Assembly: GCA_047495785.1 (NCBI GenBank)
Contig: JBLDXI010000040.1
Span: 248,001 to 312,000 of the forward strand
DNA: 64,000 nucleotides
Direction of reading: 5' to 3'
Source: Lepidodermella squamata
Taxonomy: Eukaryota > Animalia > Gastrotricha
The notes under the pieces were generated by a model. The model was not told the origin of the DNA and did not search any database. It was given only the letters and a program-made list of their open reading frames with translations. Within the stretch, counting starts at the first letter, position 1. Every line of letters begins with the position of its first letter. The translations under genes were made by a program, and so were the position numbers. Positions 1-11,183 of the stretch are shown here, piece after piece.

Positions 1-743
1 ATTTAATGACCCGGTTAGACGAGGTTGGACTCGGTACCGATAAATTGAACGTTATTCTGTGCGCTGATCACGGCATGACCAAAGTCGTTGAACGGCTCAA
101 TCTCGAAGACTACATCAGCGTTTCAACTTACATCGAACGGGTAAATTTTAGAAAAAAATTGAAAAATTTCAAAAAAACTTCGAAAATTCTTAGATTCCGT
201 CCTATGGTGCTGTGATGAATATTGAACCCAAGGCAGGACAATTGGACTATGTCTACAAAACTTTGTCAGCCGCGGCTAAATCGACGGGCAAATTTTCAGT
301 TTATACCAAAGCTACGATGCCGTCTGATTTCCACTATTCGAGCAATGACCGCATTATGGAGGTCATTATTGTCTGCAATCTCGGATTTTTCATGGGACCG
401 GTAAGCAAAAATCAATCAAGCATAAAATAAATTTTTTATGAAATTACCAAATTAATTTCGAATTTTTCTGATTTTTTTAATTTTAATTTTTGGAAATAAT
501 TTTATAATTTTTTTTTAGAAAAAATCATCGGGTGGTAATACGGCTACGCATGGTTACTTGCCATCTGAGCGTCACATGCAGCCTCTGTTCATGGCCCGAG
601 GCCCAGCTTTCAAAACCGGTGGCTACAAATCGACGCGGTCTTTCAAAACAAAGGACATTTACGCCATGATTGCCCACATTGTCGGCATCAGCCCGCCGCC
701 AAATAATTCTACTCTGGCCGATGTCGCTAATTTATTCGCTTGA
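1..743 (+). CDS. Ectonucleotide pyrophosphatase/phosphodiesterase (ENPP/NPP family), 3' exons; gene begins before the window
   Basis: Motifs LNVILCADHGM, DFHYSSNDRI, ATHGYLP and MQPLFMARGPAFK. Exons ..140, 194-400 and 519-743 with GT-AG introns; AATAAA at 828-833. Confidence 0.9.
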
Positions 744-1133
744 TCGATTTCTGAGAAAATCGAAAATCCTGGTGCTATTTTAAATTATCGATATTTTATA
801 ATTGATTATTCGATTTTACAACGGTGGAATAAACATCAATATTTGCGTGTCTGGTTTTTTTATACGCTATTCCGGGTGATCGGAAAAATCATTTTTTGCG
901 CGCTCATTAATATATTAAGGTGCGCGTTAGAGCGTGACATCTTTTTCTTTCTCACCTCGGTGGTTTATAGCAACGCAAAAAACACAAAGGAAACAATCCA
1001 TTCTTTGATCGATTTTTTTCATGTATTTCTCGCCACCTTAAAACTGAACACCGCAGCAGTTGAGTGCATTTCCCCACGCTTCGATCATTTTCTTAGGAAA
1101 TTTAATTTTTTCCACTATAGAAAATTCGTCATC

Positions 1134-3355
1134 ATGGCATCTGTTGAGGAGAATCAGGCCGAAGATGATACGTATTTTATGAGGTCGAATAGCAGTAATA
1201 CCATGCTGCTACAACCCGGTGCGCAGCCACTCAAGCGTGACCCGAGTTTTTGTGGCTACGTCGAGGATATCCGCAATGCGAATGTTCTAGAAGAGCCGGA
1301 CCAGTCGGCGTTCTACCTCGATGAAAATGTTGACCATGAAGATCCGACGCTGGTCTCGCCTAGTTCAATTAGGCAGCAAGATTTAAAGATGGTTCGCGAT
1401 TGCGAGGCGATTCCGACCAACTTGAAGGAAGAAATTTGCAGCACGCTGCAAGGTTTGAGCAAAAAAATTCAGAAAAGAATTTGTTACGAACTTCCAAAAA
1501 TTAAAAAAAAATAAAGTCACAAAAAGGGTTCGAAAATGTTCGAAAGCAATAAAAAAATTTTTTTGAGCTTGGGATTATTCATGAATTTTTCCGAATTTTT
1601 ATGAATTTCATTTTGAATTTTAAAGTTTTTTTAGAATTCGACGCGATAGATATAGGAAAAAATTCTTAAATTTTTTAAAAAATTACTCCTTTCCAAATTT
1701 TGAATTAATGGAATATTTTCTCAATTTCAGAAAGGGGAATAAAAGCGGATGATCTGGTCGCGAAATCGGAGGAAGATGTCGACTTCCTATTTCCTGATCC
1801 AACTATTCGAAAGGCGGTCGGAGACTTTCGAGGTCTGGAAATTTGGAAACGAGACAAGGTGAGTGAAAAAAATCCAATCTGCAAATATTAACTTAATATA
1901 TAATAAATCAGAAAAAATTAATTAATTTAATACAATTTTTCAACTAAATAATTTTTATAAAATTCCTCAAAATTGAGGTTATGCTTCCCAAAACAATTAA
2001 AATATAATCGAATTTTTTCTCAATTTTTTTCCGTTTTTTTTCAAAGCTACCTACTGAAGCTTTAAGGCTGATAAATGCGTCAAAAGTTGGCAATCTCGAT
2101 GTAGTCAAAGAGATAACTTCAAAATCCGGCATTCCACCAACAGGCCGACACCTGTTGATCGACTGCCGCGATGCTCAATCGCACGACCGAACGCCGCTGA
2201 TGCACGCCGCTCGGCATGGCCACCTTGCTGTAGTCGGCTATTTGGTAAAGGCCCAAAGCGCCGACTACCACCTACGCGATGCTCACAAACTGCAATCGAT
2301 GCCGATTCATTTCGCGGCGCAGGGCGGCTTTGTCGATATTGTGCGGTTCCTTGTTGGCTTGGATTCTGACTTGGTCGAGGCGAAAAATCGATATGGCGAT
2401 ACGCCGCTCAACATGGCCGCTGTCTATGGAAAAATATCTGTTATCGAATGCCTAGGTAACGATAATCGAAAAATATTAGCTGTATATTTGAATATTCTCG
2501 AAAATAACATGTTGTCCGAAACTAGGTCAAATTCTGGAATAATTCGGAATTTTGGAAAATTGTGAAAAAACACTCGAAAATGCGAAATGTGAAGATGTCC
2601 TAAATTAGGTCAAAATTCAATGTGTCCAGAAGTAGGTCAAATTTCTTTGCATGGAACGATTTTAAGCTAAATTCCTTGAATTTCCAAAAATTTTCGAAAT
2701 TAGGTCGTATTGAAGGAGTTTAAATTTGTCCAGCTTTGGGTCAAATTTATTCAAATTTATTCGTTTGATTTTTTCCCTGTTTTATAAAGTTAATGAGAAG
2801 CGGGCCAATTTGGAAAATCGAGGTCAATACGGCATGACCCCACTGCTGTGCGCTGCTGAGAAAGGTCACGCCCACGTCATTAAATTCCTGGTTGAAAAAG
2901 GCGCCGATATCTGCGCCAAGGACGAGAAGCACGCCGATATGGGCGTGCATTGGGCAGCTCGATTCGGCCACTTGGACGCCGTTTCTTTCTTCATCGAAAG
3001 CAAACCCAGCCTTATCGAGGCAATCAACGGCCTGGGCCGAACCCCGTTACATCAAGCCGCGTTGGGGGGTCATTTGACCGTGGTGAAGTATCTGGTTAAG
3101 AAGGGCGCGAATTTGAGTGCGATGAGTAATGCTGATGACTTGATTTCGAACCCAATCCACCTGGCTGCCTATTTCGGCCATGTTGATGTTGTGGCCTACC
3201 TGCTGGACATGAAGCCTGAATTGGTGGAGGTTGAAAATCGAGATGAGAAAACGGCGTATTTGTTAGCTCGAGAGGAGAGGCGGACTGCTATACTCGACTT
3301 GTTGGAGAGTCGAGGAGCGAAGAAGATGTCGAGGCGTACAAGCATCATCGCTTGA
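1134..3355 (+). CDS. Ankyrin-repeat protein with a putative SAM-like domain before the repeats (4 coding exons)
   Basis: Exons 1134-1452, 1731-1858, 2047-2455 and 2790-3355 splice in frame at GT-AG sites. Repeated TPLxxAAxxGHxxVVxYL ankyrin motifs. Confidence 0.88.
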
Positions 3356-3479
3356 TGGCCTCAAATATTGTTATTAATAACCGAAATACACTTGATCAAC
3401 ATATTGAGGCTTGGTGATATATGTTATCCATAAAATAAAAACAGTTGAGAAATTTAGTATTTTGATTCAGAATAGCCAA

Positions 3480-4263
3480 GATGCAAAGCCTAAAAATATA
3501 GCTGCAATGAATTCTGATAACGACCGAACCGACAGCATAGATTGGAGAGCCGTTGGAGTCGAAACACGTCGGTGCCTTGCAAGAAAACTGATCTCAGTCA
3601 ATATTTCTAATTCTTCCGAGAGACGGAATTACGGCGTAACGGCGCGTTACAGCGCTGCGTTACGGCGCTGCGCCTGTTCAAAGAAACGCGGTAGACTAGG
3701 GACACCGGCGCGGCGCGATCATCGGGGCGGACGTTCAGTAGTGCCCGAAGGCAATCGTTCTGAAGGACATCAGGGCGCCTGGGTTGCCGCTTGGGTGCAG
3801 TGCAGAAAACGATGTTGCCATACGTTGACATGGTTCCAACGAGGCTTAGACACGCGGTTCGGCGCCACCTGCGAGAAAGGCCAGGGGCTCGACAGGCACT
3901 GCGAATGTGCGACAAATTGCGAGTGCAACGAGTGATCACGCGGTCCATGTGGGCCTTCCAGGTCAACTTAGCATCGAGATGGACACCGAGAACCGAGAAT
4001 GCGCATGACTGGTACTTGCGGGATTGCCGAGCCATTGAGAGTGAGTCGGGCATCTGCGCCACGCGAATGGCATCACTTCACTCTTGGAGGCATTGAACCT
4101 TTGCCGCCACTCGTGGGCCCACGTTGCTATCCGGTCGATCTCATTTTGGGTAGCACGCTCAGCTTCCGGAAAGTCCACCTCTTCACCGACAACTGTTAGG
4201 TCATCAGCATAGGCAGCGATATATTAGGCGCGTTCAGCAGATCTAAAGTGTAGACGAGCCTTG
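3480..4263 (-). mobile_element. Truncated non-LTR retrotransposon (I/Jockey-group) ORF2 3' fragment with frameshifts
   Basis: Minus strand reads YADDL (about 4195-4212), WRQRFNASKS and LGVHLDAKLTWKAH. Same family as the copy at 14.2-15.9 kb. Confidence 0.85.
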
Positions 4264-7200
4264 CATGAGACGTACTATAGGACACCGCGGCTTCTAAGCT
4301 CGCGTTACATCGCCCCCTCAAGGCCGCAGACTGTGCATATCGGGATGTGCATACGAAATAAATTTCAGTCCACTAACTTCGGAAATCGATAATTATTTAA
4401 AATTGAAATTAAATTTAAATAAATGTGAATTCTTGATAACGCTAATTTGTTCTTTTCCGGCTTCCGTTACCTACGTAAACCCTACAGTAGAACTACGGTA
4501 AAGCACTACGGTACGGTAGTTTTCCGATTAAAACTTACTTCTCTTGAAAACTAGAAATTTAATTTTCGAAAAACTGTCTTGTTTGGTAACTAAAATTCTA
4601 AAAGCTAACGTTCAAAAAACTAACGCGTGAAAACCACTCATGGAACACTTTCGAAAACTAGCGTTTCCAAAATTGTGCATGATAGCTTTTTCGAAAAACT
4701 AGCGTTTTACTAGCTGCAACATGTGGCAGTTATTGATTGCGCAACAATAGTTACCAATGTTACCAATGTTACCAAGTTGCCAATGCTGCAAACTTAGCCA
4801 AAGTAACAAAAGGCCTAAAACGCGAATATGTCGCACCAAACACCGTTTGATAAAAGTCATAAGAGCAGGGAAATCGATATAGATTCTGAAAGCCCTGGTT
4901 TCAGGCTATATTAGGAACCAAACAAATTTCGTTTCCCATGATGACGTAACACATATTACGTCACGTCAAAATAACACCTCAAGGGCTACCCAAAAAGGTG
5001 TTTGAGAGCAACTTTTGTGACTTAATTGCGATCAGAGTGTGACAGCTCGGCTGACGTCGTTTTGCAAGTGTGTAGAGGTTATGTCAACAGAGATTTCCTG
5101 AAATTTTTGACAGGTTCTGATTCACAGATGTTGCGTATTCGTCAAATATCAAAACAATGTCAAAAGTCATCTGTCGGTGACAAAATTGGGCTCCGTTGTA
5201 GCCAGGTCATAGAATTCGAGAGATATAGGCTCCAGATATTTTTCTGAAATCCCCAGTAATCATAGCTATTTATTTTGACAGCCTAAGGCTATGTAAGAGT
5301 CTTCTGGATAGCCGAAATCAGTGTCACCGACAGATAATTTCACCGTTTTTTTCACCGTTACCGACAGAGAAAAATCATTGATTTTCATTTTTTATGGGTT
5401 TTAGTGCAGTTTAGCAGGGCTAAGTTCACCAAATCTTTCACCCAGTGACTAAGGAGTAGTAATATAGTGATAAATCCAATTTATGAGTGCTAATTCGGCT
5501 CTTTCCCCATTTTCTCATTTTCACCAAAATGATGCCCATCGCAGCCCTTTTCGCATCAAGTCTATGGGAGTTCTAGCATCGGGAGCGCCATTTTTTTTGT
5601 CTCAAATTGATTCTTTTGATGACATTGATACTAATATAACGTCAAAAAGCGATGCAATCCATTCCCAGCGACTCATAATAGTCTCATTCGCTTCATAAGC
5701 TGAAAAGTGCCACCCAGAGAGTTGGTATGTTAATGATAAAATGATGATTTTTCCCTCATATTTCACCCGGCATGCCCAATCATGATCGCAAATAGTTAGT
5801 TTTCGTTCAGCTACCAAGAAAAACAATAAAACAACTCATACAAGGCTTCAGACACTATTTATAGTTTTTGACCATCAAAAGCTGGTTTACAAGCATCCTG
5901 TGTAGTATGGTAGTTTTGAAGGCCTGATTTGAAGACAATTGCGTTATAACGATATCGTTATAGATTTTTTTTCTTCTCCTTATACTCCCATCTATTCATT
6001 CTCTAGTTATCAGTTGCTCATTATTGATATAAATGGTGAAAAAATCCATTTGAAAAAACCCATTTTAAATATCTGTCGGTGACATTTGACGCTCTCTGTC
6101 TGTGACACAGTTTTTTGACCTCTATGGCCTAATTATGAATAAAGTCTTCAATTTGTTTCTATTAATTTGTTCCTTGGACCTGTGCGGAAGTTTTAGAATC
6201 AATAAAGCTGCTTTCTGACCAGTTTCTGATTAGGAAAATTAGTTACAAAAAAATGCCAAAAACAGCAAAAACATTTTTTCTCCGTCGGTGACGGACCTAT
6301 TTTCGACCCACCCAGCAATGACCGTTAACCCGAACGGGTCGCGAATATGCTCAAAACATAGCTCCCGGTGGCATACATAGCTGGTAAAAAGCGCTTGAGA
6401 ACATCTATCACTACTGCCTTCCCACACTGACTGATGTGCGGAAAAAAAGTTATGACTCTCTATCGGTGACTCGTGTTTTAGGCCAAAAGTTAACAACCAA
6501 AAAAATTCATACATAAGCGCAAAAAATGACCAATTGTATATGACAGCCAATGGCTCTGTGGAAAGAGTGCCTGTCTTCGTAAGAGATGGTGATTAAGGAT
6601 TGAGGGTTCAAAGCTCATCGCCAACCATCATTTTTTTCATTATCCCACTACGGTACCGTAGCTTTACCGTACTCGAGAAACAGTCGATGAGCAGAGCTAA
6701 AGAGGCCGGTATCCACCGTGTCTATTTGCCGGGTAACCTCGAGATTGACGACTCTTCGATCGAATGGGCCGCGGGATTTATCACGCGCCTGCTGTGCCTC
6801 AAGCCCAGCCCTGGGGTGCACAGTCAGCATGTCGCCTTGTGATCGTGGGGTAAAGCAACGCAGCCCAATAGTGATGTTTTACGAATCCTAAAGTATTGCC
6901 TTAGCGAACTTCAAGCTGACCTCGTTAACTGCAAGTCGCTTCATCCGCTCATCCCAAAAATTCGAGCAAAATTCACCGATATTCGCGACCAAACCATCAT
7001 TTTTCCTGTCTTACAGCGAGCTCAATTTATGGTGGCACGTAGAACGGTGCGTCATTTTAGAGATAAATGCGGCGGCCTTCCGAGCCAGCCTTAAAAAAAT
7101 CGGTAAAGATTAGTTTCGAATTTCAATTCTACCTCTCGTCTTCGATTCAATGTTTGTCCGCTATTCTGCTGCAATATTGATATTTACTGTGATTATCTTG

Positions 7201-7833
7201 ACAATTTATGTATGTAGTCATATTACAAGCCTTCATATGTTGTTGATCTGCTAAATCCTTCACGGCGACGCTTCCTCAAATAGCGATGTTGCTGTACTTA
7301 TAATGGCTAGAGGCTAGAGATAATTTTTATATTCAATTACTTGCGATCATAGCACGCGTTTCAGCTAGAAAACTGTTTTTTTTTCGAACTGGCGAAACAG
7401 GGGGTAGCCATTTCAGTCTTTTTTTCGCGCATTATAAGTCATTTGTAATCGCATTTTTTCCGCAATTTTCACCACCATGGCAGCTAAAACTATCGTAGTG
7501 ACCCTAGCCGACGGAACGAAAGCTAGTATCCCTCTCGGAGGCAATCCCTGTCGATAATCAGCCGCTACGTTCCCTTACGCCTGAGCCGCAAATATCAACG
7601 GTCCAACCGAATTAAAGTCGTCCGGCAGCTGAGAATTCTTTACAGCAAAAGATCGGCGTGACGTTGTGTAAAGATGTGTTGATCTCGTTGATCTTAAGCA
7701 AAAAAGAGGCTTAAGATGATTGCAAAAATGTAATGAGATGATTCATTGGGCGAGTTGGACTTTGGACCTCATTAAAAATATCACGCTTTTTCTGATTTTC
7801 TGCAAGCCGCGGCGTCCTATAGTACGTCTCATG
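4264..7833 (+). mobile_element. Non-autonomous P-element-like DNA transposon with nested repeats
   Basis: 30-bp terminal inverted repeats CATGAGACGTACTATAGGAC(A/G)CCGCGGCTT at 4264 and ending at 7833 (1 mismatch). Contains a P-transposase C-terminal relic. No TSD is visible at this copy. Confidence 0.75.
6688..7050 (+). pseudogene. Relic of a P-element/THAP9-like transposase C-terminus
   Basis: Translation SIEWAAGFITRLLCL...L*SWGKATQP aligns with SLSYMAGFITRRLGL...CSRGGLVHP of the transposase at 18.9-19.2 kb; internal stop codon. Confidence 0.7.
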
Positions 7834-9059
7834 TTCGGAACAAGCTCTATGCTCGATCCATAAAATGTTTGCAAAAAATATCTTTTTATGAATGGTTTTA
7901 CGCATTTGTTGGAAACGCGTGCTACGATACGGCCTTCATAAAAATAATAAAAGCCACAAATTATATAGACGCACGATCAAGTAGCAAGGCGGAGTCATGG
8001 ATACGAGCCAACTGACCAATCAGCGTGCGGATTTTTTTCAGCTTACAACCTCAAACACAATGTAATTACTGTGAGAGAGCGGAGCTGCTAATAAATGGGC
8101 TGAGATTATTATCGGAGATAAATGCTAAAATGTTGCAATATTTTGCTTATTGATTTGTTTTAATTTAGAAACTCTCCTTCAAGCCACCTAAGGTCGAGAC
8201 GTGGGGAGTTGGGAGGGGACAGTAGCCCCTTCGCTACGACGGTTATGCAACAGGCCGAGACGGAGCCACTGATTTCTCTTCGCTCCAGTCAAAGCCAGCT
8301 TCTGCTCAGAGACAACGACGGTCCCTTTGCGAAGCAGGATTGCCCACCCGCCATGCACGTTGCCAAGCAAGGCTTCAGCAAGGTCCTGTGCCTTATCACA
8401 GCGGAAGGTATCCTACCCTTTCAAAGAGATGAAGGAAGTAAGAGGGTAACAGAAGGAATCATTAAGAAGAAGTGCAACCGGATGAAATGGATCTTAAACA
8501 CAGTAAAACTCAAACTGGAGAGCCGGGGCAGACGAAAGGCGCTGGCGTCGTGAAAAAAACTGACCAGAATCAACATTGCCAATTGTTACAAGGGAAAACG
8601 TTTCGTCAATATGCAAAAAGATCCATGCCGAAATGATTCATCAATAGTTTTTAGTTTTTGCTTTCTTTGTCGTGTGACCATTTTTCACTTGTCAAGTTGT
8701 CTATGAGAAGTATGGCCAAATCACCACAACTGTCGAGTGATTTCGGGTGGATACTTCACCTCAATTTATCTGAAAAACCGGACCATCCATTTTCTTGCAT
8801 TTCCGTTTCAAATCCAACTATGTCTAACAGAATAAAAATTACTTACTGGCGCTTTCTTACCGTCCCCCCTCCCTTATCTTCTTATCTTTGTTTTATGCCA
8901 CGTAACAACAAACGTGCAACAATTAATAAATATTATTATTCCACCCCCGAATCGTATAACATATATTTATTTATTCATATTCTCTCCCAACACACCAAAC
9001 AAACCAACACGTCGGCACAGTTTGTCGATAATTTGATTGCTATTGTCCATTCCGAGGTC

Positions 9060-9200
9060 GATAGTCAAGTTTTGTTTGATCCAATCAGAATGTCAACGAA
9101 CTGGCTCACTAATTGCACCTTTTCAGGCAATTCACACCAGCTCTCGACTGCACGATCTCGAAGAATATATCGTGCGAATGTTTCAAAATGCCAGCATCTG
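9060..9200 (-). mobile_element. Possible CR1/L2-type LINE ORF2 C-terminal relic
   Basis: Minus strand reads LRDRAVESWCELPEKV, resembling the RVVxxWNxLPxxV motif. Confidence 0.35.
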
Positions 9201-10214
9201 CTCAGATTTCAAACGAATTTCATGAAAGTTCGGGTACTTTGAACCACGGGGAATCGTTAGGTTTCAAATTCGTCTCGATTCGAACAACAGTACCAGCTGC
9301 TTAACATCCCGAAACTTCTGCGCAGAATAACATCCGGCAAGCAATGTACTATTCAGCCATTTCCTCGGCGATAACGTAAGTGTGCCTAATTCGTTACAAA
9401 AATGATCTTTCTGCGCCATTTCTGCCATTGCGCGCACATTTCGATTGCTAGAGGTGACGCGCTATCGGATGAGCCACCCACGTGACTCTGCCACTTGGGG
9501 TTACGCAACAGTGGGTGCACAAAGTTGGCTGAGTTGCACGGGACATGATGTTAAAGGATTACTTTCAAATATCGCGTCGGTTTTTATGCCAAAGAATAAT
9601 TCGGACGATTCGCGAGGAAAAAATTAATGGGAAAAAGTTTTACGCGCACCCTAGATTTTGCGCACCGAAACTTGAGAGGCGCGTAAAACCTTCTCGCATC
9701 AATTTTTTCACTCGAGAACACCATGTTCAATCGATAGGGAATTGTCTGACCTTCATTTTGGTATAAAAACCGCCCAAATTATAATATTTGAGTCACACAT
9801 GTGACCAACCTTTTAACATTAGCGCGCGCGGCCCTGAAATTTACAATATTTTCGATTTGGCGTTCGCGTCCAAGTCCACTTTTACCCTCTGAATTCGCAA
9901 TCATTGTTCGCGTCCCGCACGGAACTAAGCGGGTCCGGAATTGAGCAATTATTTCAGCGTATTTCAGCTGCTGAAATCAGTTCCAGCACATTTCAGCTTA
10001 TTTCATGCCGGTCAGGGGTGCAGGAAAGGGAAACGAAAGGGAACGGAAGTGCTAGTACAGGTGAGAAGACAAAGGGCAACTTAATCACAGAGGATGAAGA
10101 GAAGAGCTTGAACAGGAACGATGAGCAGCGTTTGACTGTACCAAGTCAGTCGGACAGAAACAGGACAGAGGATTGCCGGAAGACGAAGAATACAAGGAAG
10201 AAAGGGTAAAGGGT

Positions 10215-10715
10215 AGACTAGGTCACAAAGACAGGGAGCGGGCCCGACGACAGGCGGTCATGGAGGACAACGACTGGCGACTTCATCGTCGTGGGCGGAG
10301 GTAAGCGGACGCCTTCGATCTGTTCGCGAAGTGGCAGGACATGAGGACATGTCTGCAGGCATTCTCAGCGAAGCAGACTTGAACTTGGGAGAAGAGAGAA
10401 GAGCTCGGAAAGGATAAGCAGGCGAGGTACGAGGTCGGCTTGCTCAGTGCGCGAAGTACGGAGGGGAATGGGGGGGGGGGGGGGGGGGGGGTATCGTACC
10501 CCAGACAATAAAAAGGTTCGCCAGATAAAAGTGGAAAACCCTCAGAAAAACCACAGAGAGGAACCTTTGGTCATAAAATAACGGCCCGAATATACCCCCT
10601 AGTTCGAGGATCCTGCGCACTGGGCGTGCTAGACTGAGTCAAAAGCCGTTTTCACGTCAAGGCCCACAACGACCAACTTGAGCTTGTCAGCACGGCACTG
10701 ATACGCCCGATGGGG
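10215..10715 (-). mobile_element. Fragmented LINE (same group as the 14.2-15.9 kb copy)
   Basis: Minus strand about 10690-10625 reads KLVVVGLDVKTAFDSV*H (RT motif). About 10350-10230 reads HVLPLREQ...SPVVVLHDRL, like the ORF2 end FVLPLRE of the 14.2 kb copy. Confidence 0.6.
10470..10491. repeat. Poly-G tract (22 G)
   Basis: Direct read. Confidence 0.95.
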
Positions 10716-10994
10716 GATTTGGACTGGAATGTTCATGACCTCTTCAATGCACTTATTTTGTTGTAAGTACACTCTCAAGGGGGATTGCGTATTCAATCGA
10801 CCCCTTGAGAGTTCAGCGTTCCGCCACTTTCAAGGTAATATATATATGAACGAAAAAATATCTATCGCTGGCGCGAAGCGCGGCGGATTATTCTGCAAAC
10901 TGTAACGAATTAGGAAGCGTAACCAATTGGGCACTTTTACCTCAATCCAAAATCATATTCATCATGCAGCTCGTTCCGCATGATTGAAGCGTAC

Positions 10995-11081
10995 GAGTAT
11001 TATTGCTTATCGATCTCACGAAGTGAGAAAAACCGCAAGAGTATTATTTCTTATCGATCTCACGAAGTGAGAAAAACCGCA
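10995..11081. repeat. Two-copy 44-bp tandem direct repeat
   Basis: GAGTATTATT(G/T)CTTATCGATCTCACGAAGTGAGAAAAACCGCA at 10995 and 11039. Confidence 0.9.
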
Positions 11082-11183
11082 TAACTTGCATAATATTGAA
11101 GGGCGGTGATATGTTGTTATGCATAACAAATATTGAGATAGACTCGGGCTGTTTATTTTGATTAACATCCAGGTAATTATAAT

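Noticed and set aside
8658-9242. 194-aa plus-strand ORF
   Set aside because: Non-ATG start, no motifs, and the composition of non-coding or decayed-repeat DNA.
10995-11081. Direct repeat resembling a CRISPR repeat
   Set aside because: Only two abutting copies, no spacers, no cas genes, and a eukaryotic context.
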